DNA of 60,778 bases, the filler included, from Trichosphaerium sp. ATCC 40318 (Eukaryota > Protista > Tubulinea), in the NCBI GenBank assembly GCA_038496445.1. It is 3 parts of 3 records of this genome, joined end to end, with 100 filler letters (N's around TTAATTAATTAA, not from the genome) between each part and the next. Parts side by side here need not be neighbours in the genome. Positions count along the whole stretch, not along the records: positions 15,571 to 44,704 come from JALMLS010000222.1; 2 more parts are not named here. One strand, given 5' to 3'. The translations under genes were made by a program, and so were the position numbers. Within the stretch, counting starts at the first letter, position 1, and each line of letters opens with the position of its first letter. Of the stretch, positions 23,073 through 33,489 are shown piece by piece. Below the pieces are notes generated by a model. It worked only from the letters and a program-made list of their open reading frames with translations. It searched no databases and had not been told where the DNA came from.

Positions 23073-23167
23073 ATTATTGAATGGCAAAGATTACGCAATT
23101 TAAGTTAGTAAAATCTACGACGTAGATTTTACTAACTTAAATTGCGTAATCTTTGCCATTCAATAAT
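23073..23167. repeat. Perfect hairpin, 47-bp arms, 1-nt loop
   Basis: ATTATTGAATGGCAAAGATTACGCAATTTAAGTTAGTAAAATCTACG-A-CGTAGATTTTAC...CAATAAT. Confidence 0.95.
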
Positions 23168-23299
23168 CCCGCTAATAAAAATTACATTTAAACAAATTCT
23201 TTAAACATTCTATATTTTTATTTGCAACGTATTTTTATTAATCCTTCTAAAATATTAATATTACTTCTATAAAATTATCCAAACTAAATTCTGACTTGA

Positions 23300-23792
23300 A
23301 TAAACTCGGCTTAAATTTTAAATTTCTAATAATTTTTCAAAAATATCATCTTTATCAATATTGCACTATCTACATAAAATAACGATAATAAAAAGACTAA
23401 ATAACACCAGTACTTTTAACAAATAGATTATTTACTTTATTTTTAATCTTAAACTAAATTCTTTAAAAATAAACATTTAACTTTTATTAAAGATACATAT
23501 CTACTGAAACACTTTTTAAAGTTCGCGATATTGTCACAATATCGCCAGTCCAATCGCGATTGGGCTGCTGCTCCTATAATTATGATGATACCTAATATAC
23601 ACCTACAGAAATATCCGTTACGACTGCAAAACCAAAGCAAGAACGTAGATTAAAACTCTAATAACTCTAAACTTATTAACATTTCTAATATACTTTGGAA
23701 GTTATTATAACCCCGATGATGTAAAAATACACAACAATAATCTAAAATTACCATTTTCTTTAATTTTTTATCTTCACATTTTTTCTACTCAT
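23300..23792 (-). CDS. rpl2: Ribosomal protein L2, N-terminal region (cryptogene, extent uncertain)
   Basis: HHRG...KYIRNVNKFR, LEF...RSC, NGYF...ILG and TGDIVTIS occur in L2 order. Confidence 0.45.
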
Positions 23793-24327
23793 TCATATCA
23801 AAATCAAACATGCGATAATCCTGTGTTAGCTCTACCGTTCATAAACTATACCTTTCCTTGATCATCATATCTCACTCATAATAACCTGTTAATGGAAAAT
23901 CCTTTCTTAAAGGAAACCTCTAAAAGTATAGTCTAATAAAATTCTACGCATATCTACATTCCCGAAAAGTATACGCCAAATAAATCTTGCGCTCTCTTTC
24001 TAACCACAAACCTGATCTAAAAATTTTACACGATGTAAATAAACTACCTCTTTTTTTATATGCAAAACCTTCTAATCTTATTCTACGATTTTAAATAAAC
24101 TTGAAAAAACGTAAGCTACCTTCAATTTACAGCAGCTGCACTATTATCTACACAAAAATATCTAACAATGATTTTCAGCATGCGCTCACTTAATTTTAAC
24201 CAAAAAAATAAAAACCACAAATCGCCATATCTTTACAAGATCCTATAAAAGTTCTTAAATATGTCCAAAAGATTTAATAAAAGACCTAAAATAAATTCAA
24301 AAGCAAAAACTCTCTAATTCAACGCAT
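23785..24327 (-). CDS. nad9: NADH dehydrogenase subunit 9 (cryptogene)
   Basis: Six single-base doublings give [78 protein letters not shown]. Confidence 0.93.
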
Positions 24328-24329
24328 AA

Positions 24330-25293
24330 TTAACCTAAAAAACTACCATATAAAATTACTTACCTCCCAAAGCTATTCACTATTAAACAATAAAACCCTA
24401 CCGTTATAGGTAACAAAGTTTTTCACCTAAACTCATTAAATGATCATATCTATATCTAGGTAATGAAGCTCTAACCAAATAAACATAAGCATTATTAATA
24501 AACTTTTAATATACAAAAAATAGGAATTCCTTCCACAAATCATTATAAAAAAAAATATTTCGCCAAGAAATAAATTGGCAAACAAAATACTTAATATAAT
24601 CATGTTTATATATCAGAAAGAAAAAAACAAACAAAACCCATGAAGAATATTCAACATTATAACAGACACTAATTCACCTTCTGCCTCTGGTAAATCTGCG
24701 AAAGGTGGCCTATTAGTCTCTGCTAATATTGTCACTATAAAAATTATTGCCGCTCAGGCGCATATAAAAATAAAATAGTATCTTTTGTAAATTAACTACA
24801 CTTATAAGATTTAACGTACCTGCTCAAGCACCAATATAATAATAACTAAACCAAAAGGAACTCATAAGAAATCATTTGGGCAGCAGCTCTTATTGCACTA
24901 AAAAAGCATATTTTGAGTTACTTGCCCAACCCGCAAAAATTAAACATAAACACCTAATGACGATATAACAAATATCAACATCAAACTATATCTATATCTA
25001 TGATTACATTTTAAAAGACAAAGGTAATAAGGATAAAAGAACTAAGATAAAAATAACAACCACAAGGAGCAAAAACAAATAAAATACCATAGCGTATTGA
25101 GGAATTATTGTTTCTTTTCAAATCATTTCAACCCATCAGCTATGGCTGTAATAAACCATATAAACCTACTACATAGGTCCTTTCCTTCTTTGATACCAGC
25201 CATAACTTTTCTTTCCATAAAGTTAATAATGCTCCGCAAAAATAAACGGAAACATTAAAATAATAAAATAATAAACTTTAAAATAACTAACAT
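24330..25293 (-). CDS. nad1: NADH dehydrogenase subunit 1 (cryptogene)
   Basis: [72 protein letters not shown], all in successively shifted frames. Confidence 0.94.
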
Positions 25294-25503
25294 TATTTTA
25301 TTAATATATTTAAAATTACTAAAAAACAAAAAAAATAAAATAAAGAACTTAATTTATTTTTAATTTCGCTTCTTCCCTTGAAACTATAAAAAATTATAAA
25401 CAAATAACTATCTTTTTTAAATATTCATTTATAATACAAATAACATTCTTTTTTTTCAAAATTTACACACTTTTCTTATTTTTTTACTTAAACTATAAGT
25501 AGT

Positions 25504-26574
25504 TTAAGTAAAAAAATAAGAAAAAAATTCATATATATTTCCCAGCATGTTGGTTATAAAATAATAAAAATCAACGCCTTTTTCATAAAATCATTCGCTT
25601 CATCTGTTTTCTATTTCTTTATCTAATATTGATAATTTTTTTTTTATTGCCTCTTTTATTATTGATCTAGACTTAACAATCCCTCATAATATATCTTGCA
25701 GTAATCCATATTTTTCTAAAAGCTTTGCCCATAAATCACGTCGGGCCTCTAATAGCGATGCATTATTCTCCACAAATCTATGCATTTGATCCTTAAAATA
25801 CTTGGACAGTTTTCCTACATCTGTAGCTTGCCAGTCAAAAACTTCTATCAAATCATATAAATTTTTTTTTATTGCTCTTAAATTTTCTAAATCTAAGGTT
25901 TTTATGTTTTCTTTAGTATTAAAATAAGCAAATAATTCTTCTAATTTCAATTTCAGACTATTTATACAGACGTCTATATAACACACTACATTTTTTTTAG
26001 ATAATGCTGAAACACTGTTTTCTAAATAAATTTTTAAATTTTCACTGTTATACAATTCTCACTCTTTTATTCAATCAAAAATTTTTTCTAATCCTTCTAT
26101 ATTTTCTCCTTCTATATTTTCTCCTTCTATTTTTTCTAATCCTTCTATATTTTCTCCTTCTATATTTTCTCCTTCTATTTTTTCTAATCCTTCTATATTT
26201 TCTCCTTCTATTTTTTCTCCTTCTATTTTTTCTAATCCTTCTATATTTTCTCCTTCTATTTTTTCTCCTTCTATTTTTTCTACTCCTTCTATTTTTTCTT
26301 CTTCTATTTTTTCTCCTTCTATTTTTTCTACTCCTTCTATTTTTTCTTCTTCTATTTTTTCTTCTCCTTCTATTTTTTCTCCTTCTATTTTTTCTTCTTC
26401 TTTCTTTTCTCCTTCTATATTTTTTTCTCCTTCTTCTGATGCTGATCTTCTATTTACTACCACCATCACGCCTACTATTACTCCTATAATACAAGTGGCT
26501 GCAAAACCAAAACCTATGTCTACATACCCAATACCTCCCACAGCTAACGCCATAGGATCCATTCCTCATAACAT
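25504..26574 (-). CDS. Unassigned 356-aa mitochondrial ORF, uninterrupted in code 4: N-terminal TM segment plus acidic (IEGEK/IEGLEK) repeat
   Basis: With TGA=Trp, the track ORFs 26071-26562 and 25684-26055 join in frame from ATG 26574 (MLWGMDPMALAVGG...) to TAA 25504-25506. No frameshift is needed. Confidence 0.8.
26080..26440 (-). repeat. Coding minisatellite of 15/18-bp units (ATAGAAGGAGAAAAA, ATAGAAGGATTAGAAAAA)
   Basis: About 20 degenerate tandem units encoding IEGEK/IEGEN/IEGLEK/IEGVEK. Confidence 0.92.
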
Positions 26575-26679
26575 AATAACATTTTTTTTTTGCTTTTTTA
26601 TAACATTGTTATAAAAAAGCAAAAAAAAAATCGTTAATATTCATATAAAAAATATTATAAAAATTAAAATTAAAAATAA

Positions 26680-26961
26680 ATTATAACTAATAATTAATGT
26701 AAAAAAAAAAACCCTAAACCTACAAAATCAAATATTTATAAATATCACACTTTCCACAATATTTCTCTTTTATTTATATTTTGAACCCAACATTATAAAT
26801 ACCAAAAGAACCTATTCACTCTAATATACTTTTTCCATTAAATTAAAACTATATTTATAAGAAAACAAATAAAAAACTATACCTATACTTGCTCCTCCTA
26901 CACCGACAGTACATACTCCTGCTGCTAATACTTTTGCTGCTAATACTATTTGTCATTCCAT
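26680..26961 (-). other. Chimeric atp9(5')::nad5(3') reading frame
   Basis: 26961 to about 26878 encodes MEWQIVLAAKVLAAGVCTVGVGGASIGI, near-identical to atp9 at 36082. It continues directly into VFYLFSYKYSFNLMEK[G]ILEWIGSFGI, which resembles the Nad5 C-terminal motif Y..SF..LDKG.IE.LGP.GI. Confidence 0.7.
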
Positions 26962-26989
26962 TTTTTTTTTACTCTTTTTTAAAATTTAT

Positions 26990-29063
26990 ACTATTACTAT
27001 ACTGTTTCTACCTGTTGCCGCAAATATTTTGACGATTTAACATATTCATTGTTATCTTAAAGTAATTACAAATAAAAAAACTTACGATAACAATCAGTTT
27101 AAAAACACTTTATTATACTTCTTTTCATAATTACTTTTTTATAAAACTATTTTTCCCCAACAAAAAAAACATTACCTAGGAAAAATACAATAATAATTTA
27201 CTGTTGGTATATTGCTCAAAATACTATACTTTTTATGAAAATATACATATTAATAATATGTATATTTTCATAAAAAGTATAGTATTTTGAGCAATATACC
27301 AACAGTAAATTATTGAAAAATAAAATAGAAATTACATTTTTTTCAACTCAAAAGACGCATTACCTTGTAACTTTTTGTAAAACATTTTCTATATTAGAAT
27401 ATCAACATCTTTTTCCGTATAGACCAATCTGGCACCGCTACATCTACTCACGCCCTAAATTTTTACGTAAATTATAATTTAGATGAATAAATTTACTTAA
27501 TCTATATTTAATAAATTTATTCTGTTTATTCTCCTTGCCCAAAAAACAAATTCAAATTATGCTTTGAATTTGTTTTTTTTTTACACCTTTTTTTGCAAGC
27601 CTAATAACCCTAAAAAACTAAAATTAACCTTGAAATATCTTGACTTATAAAATTCCTAAATTATTCTTACTTTCTCATTTTATATTTAAATTTAAACTTT
27701 TGTTGTATAATACCACACTTCTTTTAAATTAGTATACCTTCCCATCTACTAAACATATTTTGATTTTTTTCAGCGAACCTTTCTTTACAATTAGCCCTAC
27801 ACCAAAGCTAAATATAATAATTCTTTATAGTACAGCCTATATTATTACACCTAAGTATATAGACTTTACACCTAACCAACAGTAAAATATTTCATTAGTT
27901 TTTCAAATCAAACTTTCTTAATCAGTAACCTAATAAAGGCAATTCTAAACGAATATCAGAAAACATATAAAAAAGCAATCAAACAAAGCAATTTCGAAAT
28001 CAATTCACAAATAAAATACCATATTTGTTATAATTTACACAATACAATCTGTTATTACACTCCTATATTATTCATAAAATTTCTAATGCTATTTACACTT
28101 TAATATCAAAACTACTCTTATACTAAAATGTAAAATTTAACGATTTGTATAGTCATAACCATCATGAGATTAAATAAGATCAACTTACGCTTATATGAGT
28201 TGATCTTATTTTTCTCTATTTTCTTGTCAAAAAACCTAAATCTACATCCCCATAACCGTTTAAAATAAAAACTGTAAACGCAAATCTTGCTTTATTAGTT
28301 AATCATTCTATATTAAAAATTCATTTAACTTGCTTTAGTTCGAACTATATATATAAAAATTACATCATTGTTAAATTTCCTCTAACACATCATTAACATC
28401 TAAAGTATCCTGAACAACTGCTCCCATTTTCTAGACGCAAACTCAAAAGGCTTCAAGGTAAATGCTCTACAGGACATACTGCTATAAAATTTGTTGTTAA
28501 TTCTCCGTAATTATTTTTTCTCTATACGTACTAATTCTAAAAACATGCCACGACCTAAAAAACTAAACCAAAACTACCAAATACTTCTAAGCTAAACAAA
28601 ACACACTAGCACACTGAATACACTTGTCATATATGTGCTTGTTAATTCTCAACAAAAAAACCTAATACTGACCTTTTTTTTTTTTCATGTATCTTCCTCT
28701 ATCATCCCAAAAATAAAAGAAATATCTTGTAAATCACAACACCCGCCTGATCACAAATTGGACAATCCAACGGATGATTACATAGTAAATATTCCATTAC
28801 ATTTTCTCTAGCAATCTCTATCTTAAAGATATTTTCTTATAACTAAACCTGATACTAGAGGTACACTACATGCTATTTCTAATTAGACGTTCTAGTTGTC
28901 TCTATTAAACATAATCTGCAGTTCCCAATATTCCTAATTTTTCAAAATAACATAATCTTGGTAAATTTAAATTAATACATCTAAACCTTGGATTGCTGTT
29001 CGCCACTCGGTACCAAAATTACTCGATTAATCGCTTTATACCTACCATTTCTGATTCTCACAT
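26990..29063 (-). CDS. nad11: NADH dehydrogenase subunit 11, full length (cryptogene)
   Basis: [77 protein letters not shown]; C-terminal DVAVPG.VYTEKD..YSNIE and NYFKDN...KSSK. Confidence 0.92.
27192..27314. repeat. Perfect 123-bp hairpin inside the nad11 coding region
   Basis: AATAATTTACTGTTGGTATATTGCTC...CATATTA-A-TAATATG...GAGCAATATACCAACAGTAAATTATT. Confidence 0.93.
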
Positions 29064-29126
29064 TTTGGGGTGTTTTTTTTTACTTTTTTTTATATTTTAA
29101 TTAAACAGGGGGAAAAGAAGGGAGAT

Positions 29127-29226
29127 AACTTTGATTTTTTTTAAAAAGATTAATTGAATATCTTTTAGAAATAACCAAATTTTTCTAAAAGATATTCAAT
29201 TAATCTTTTTAAAAAAAATCAAAGTT
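29127..29226. terminator. Hairpin overlapping the stop codon of the 468-aa ORF (mirror copy about 43255-43354); possible processing or terminator structure
   Basis: AACTTTGATTTTTTTTAAAAAGATTAATTGAATATCTTTTAGAAA...TTTCTAAAAGATATTCAATTAATCTTTTTAAAAAAAATCAAAGTT. The function is inference. Confidence 0.45.
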
Positions 29227-30571
29227 TTTTAAAAAGTCAAGTAAAAAATACATAATGTCAATTAACAAATTTATCAAAATTTACAGGAGACAAACTTATT
29301 CATAAAATAGGAAGTATAAAAAAAGTCTCCCCAAAGCTTGCAAAAGTTACTAATTTGTCAAGAACAATTAAATCTAAAAAAGAATATAAAGTTTCTATAA
29401 AAACGAACTCTCTTTCTTTTTCAAGCATGCTTATAATTTTATCTTTTCAAATTTCATTTATACTATCTATTATAGTATATCAATCCATTCATCAAACAAG
29501 TTCATCCTTTTTAATATCTCTTCATAAATTTTCGTAATAGTTACGTAAATTCTCTTCATAATTTTTAGAAAAATTTAAAACAGCATCATGAATGTTTTCA
29601 CTGTAACTACTCTCTAAATCTGCTAATTCTTCACCTTTCTTTTTTTTTTTTATAAATTCTTTTCATTTAGGATAATCTTGCACAATACTTAAATCAACGT
29701 TATGTTTAACACAAGTATTTGTTAAATAATTAAAAAAAATATCTAGCTGATTTTCAAAATATTTAGTAGTTTGTTCAATTAAATTTTCTTTATCTATTTC
29801 CATTGCTTTTTTTTTTTCTAACATTATTTTTTTTAATTCTACTATTAAATTTACATTTTTTTCACTTATATCATAATTTTCAATTATAAATTCTACTCAG
29901 CTTAAATTCTCAAACATAACTGACAAATTACTTTCTTCTATTATTATTCCTTCGTTTTCTAAAGTATAAGTTACAAAATTAAAAAAATCAGCATCTTGAC
30001 TTTGCTCAATTTCACCTATATGATCTACTATTTTTTTTTTTATAAACTCTTTATCATTTTGCATAAATAGAATAAAATTATTTATTTCTTCTAAATTAAG
30101 CATAGAATTAATAAAAAAATGATAATAAATAGAACACATAACTAATCATAAGATCATAGAAGCAAACGCACTATAGCTTCAAGTTAAACTATATCCTTGG
30201 CTAGCTAGTTGCGTATATAGATCTGCTACCACTGTTGGATCTATAGGTACTAAATTGTCTAACTTATCCACTATTTCTTCTCTGCTTTTTTCTTCATTAA
30301 AGAACGTTAAGGTTAAGCCTCCCCCCTCGAAGCTTAACCATTCAAAAAAATGAACCCTCCCTTTCGCTAATAAAGCATAATTATTTATCAAATCTTCTTT
30401 AAAAAAAGGATTATTATAAAATACTAATTCTTTACTAAATAAAAAATAAAATTTAAAAACACTTATAAAACACCCCGCCATGTAATGTATTGAATTCAAT
30501 ACAAACCAAAGAACCAAAAATGATAGGAGCTCACTTTTTACATATTTCTTTAATATTACAAAATTAAACAT
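29165..30571 (-). CDS. Unassigned 468-aa mitochondrial ORF, uninterrupted in code 4 (copy 1)
   Basis: With TGA=Trp, track ORFs 30179-30610 and 29897-30139 join and continue to TAA 29165-29167: 1407 nt from ATG 30571 with no frameshift. Confidence 0.8.
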
Positions 30572-30748
30572 GATAATTTTTCTTCTTTTTTTATATTTTA
30601 AACTTAACAATACCTATATAAATTACTCTATTACACTACACAAAATACACTGCATATATACTTTAAATATATTTATTTTTCTTCTTTTTCTTTTTCTTTT
30701 TTTTTCTTAAACGTCTTTTAGTTATTCTTTTATTTTTTATTTTACCAT

Positions 30749-31135
30749 TTATAATTTCATCTGAAATTTTGGTTCCAAATTCTTTTGTCTTCACAATTTA
30801 AAAGATTTTGATGTTTTACCATAGTCTTACTTCGTTGACATTTACAGGTAAACCACTTAGTAACTTTAACCTCTATTACTATAAGATCTGTATATCTTCT
30901 TATATATTTTTTAATTCTCACATAACCTTTCACCTAAATAATAATTAGAAAAAAGATAATACTTTAAAATCATCCCTTTCCTAAAATTCCAATTGCTCAA
31001 ATTTTCGCAAGGCGATATACCTAAGTTAAAACATATTCTACTACCCTTCGTCTACAAAGCCCCCTAACGCAGATAAATTTACTGAAATTGCTCCTTACTT
31101 TTTAATATTACACCAACTAAAATAAAATTTTTCAT
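30749..31135 (-). CDS. rps13: Ribosomal protein S13 (cryptogene, copy 1)
   Basis: MKNFILVGVILKSK..ISVNLSALGGF...ICFNLGISP...NRG.KLLSGLPVNGQRSKTNGKTSK after single insertions. Confidence 0.85.
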
Positions 31136-31879
31136 AACTTAATCATAATAAAGTAATCCTTTTTTCCTTCTCTTCACGTACTTTTCCTATTTTTAGTTCA
31201 TTAAAATTTGTGGATGCACAATCCTATTTTCCTATATATATGAACTTTTTATAAAGCAAAAAATATGCGCAAAATTATTTAGTATATAAGATATATACTA
31301 AAACATATTATAATTTTCTATAATAAACTTTTATATAAATTAAATCATACTAAAAAGATATAAAAAATGACCTAAAAATAAATTTATCTACGTAATTTCT
31401 TATATGTTTAAAAACACGCACTCTAAAACTAAACCTTTTAAATAAAATTTAAAATAAAAACTTTATAAGATCATAAAAACGAAAGAAAAAGACGCTAATA
31501 AAATTTAAAAAAACTAAATAATCAAAGAAGAGTAGCGTAGAGATTTTCTATCTATTTTCACTATACAAATTTTTTTAACTTCAACTATCTATGACTACAA
31601 AACCATTTAAAAAAACCTCTTATACTTTCTAGATAAATATAACATTAAATTAATATTAGCACCAAATAATGAGTAGATACACCATCAATCCTTTTCTTAC
31701 ATAATTCAAAGGTATACTTGCACACTCAAAATTCCTGTATTTGGATTTAACACGAAAAAATAAAAACAGTTAAAGACTAATACACCATTTAAACTTCTAA
31801 CTTTATCCTCACCAAAATTATAATTATCTTTAAAAATAAGATCTCTCTTTTGTTAAAAAGTAATCTTCAACTAAATCTC

Positions 31880-33337
31880 ATAGGCATCTTCATAAGAGTA
31901 TACAATATAAAATATAAAAACTCTCCTATAGACATAAAATATAACATAAAATAAATAAAAATAAACACAGATAGTAAATAACGCCCAACAGAACATCAAA
32001 AATTTAAAGCAACATAAGCATCTGGATAATCACTATCCTTCTGGGCATACCCGCCATCCTAACAAATGCATTGGCAAAAAAGTCATATTTACTCCTATAA
32101 AATTTCCCAAAATTGTAATCTTCCTATAAAATCGGATATTTTTTTCCAAACATTAAAGAACTTCAATGATAAAACCCGCAAAAATTCCAAACACAGAACT
32201 AAAGATAAAACATAATGAAAATGAGCAACACATAATATGTATCATGCAATGCTATATCTAAAACACGTTTGCTAAAATAATACCAGTTACACTCCAAAAC
32301 TAAACATTAGTACAAATCTGCAGCATAAAATAGCGGAACTCTTCATTCTACTATACAAACATTATTGTTGATAACAACCAAAAACTTTAACCCTGAAGGC
32401 ATTGCTATTATCATAGTTACTGTCATAAAATATACCTCGTATCATCATCTAAACCCGCTGTAAACATATGATGACTCATACAATAGATCCTAAAACTGCT
32501 ATACATACCATGCATAAACCATAGAATCATGACATAAACCTCTTTATAAGTTCAACAGAAATTACTACACTAGTTATACAAAAGCTGGTAATATTAATAT
32601 ATAAACTTCTGATGTCCAAAAAATCAAAAAATATGTGATATAAAACAGGATCTCCACCTCCTGTGGATCAAAAAATGTTGTATTAAAATACGATCTGTTA
32701 TTAACATAACTAAAGCTCCTCTAAAACAGGTAATGTCAATAATAATAATACCGCTGTTATATAAATGATACTGCAAACAACCAATTCTATAAGTATCCAT
32801 AATCGCATATTCATTATAGTTACCATAAAATTTATTGCACCGATATTGATGAAATTCCGGCTATATGCAACTCAAAATACAAGCATCTATGACATTCCAG
32901 GACTAGCCTTAATACAGAAAGTAATGGATATAAAGTTCATCCTGCTCTGCACCATCTCCTATAACAAAGATCACATTAATAATAATAAAGAAGGCGCAAT
33001 AATCAGAAACCTAAATTATTTACTCTTGGGAATGCATCTCCGGGGCCCCTAAACTTAATGAACTATAAAATTACCTAAACCCCTATTAATAAAGGCATAA
33101 CGAAAAAAAAAATCATTAATAGACATGCGCTGTTACGATTACATTATAAACTTGTTATCTTGAACCAAAATTAACGGACAGGCATTCCTAATTCTATACG
33201 TATTATCATGATAATATAGTTCCCATACTCCTCCAAAAAAACTTGCTCATATATATAGCATCCTATATCTTTATGATTTGTTGAACATGACCACTCTTAA
33301 TGTAACATAAATATTGATAAAAACTTAATAAATACAT
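31880..33337 (-). CDS. cox1: Cytochrome c oxidase subunit 1 (cryptogene, copy 1; 3' end approximate)
   Basis: KRWSCSTNHKDIG, YNVIVTAHG, GAPEMAFPRVNN, GAGAGWTLYP, FFDPTGGGDPVLY.HIFWFFGHPEVYILILP, HDTYYVVAHFHYVLSLG and GMPRR after repeated single-base insertions. Confidence 0.96.
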
Positions 33338-33489
33338 TATTTTTAATTTATAATATACTTTTTATTTATTAAAAATCTTTTTTTTCTCTACTTTTATTAA
33401 AAACTTAATTAATGGAATCTAGTCAAAAAACTACCTTATATATATTTTTTTTACAGTTGTAAAAAAAATATATATAACATTATTTTACA

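Noticed and set aside
26004-26489. 161-aa Leu/Phe-rich ORF on the plus strand
   Set aside because: Antisense shadow of the IEGEK minisatellite.
32765-33052. 95-aa ORF (and mirror 39427-39714); also 36749-36934 and 29355-29537
   Set aside because: Antisense to cox1, rnl and the 468-aa ORF respectively.
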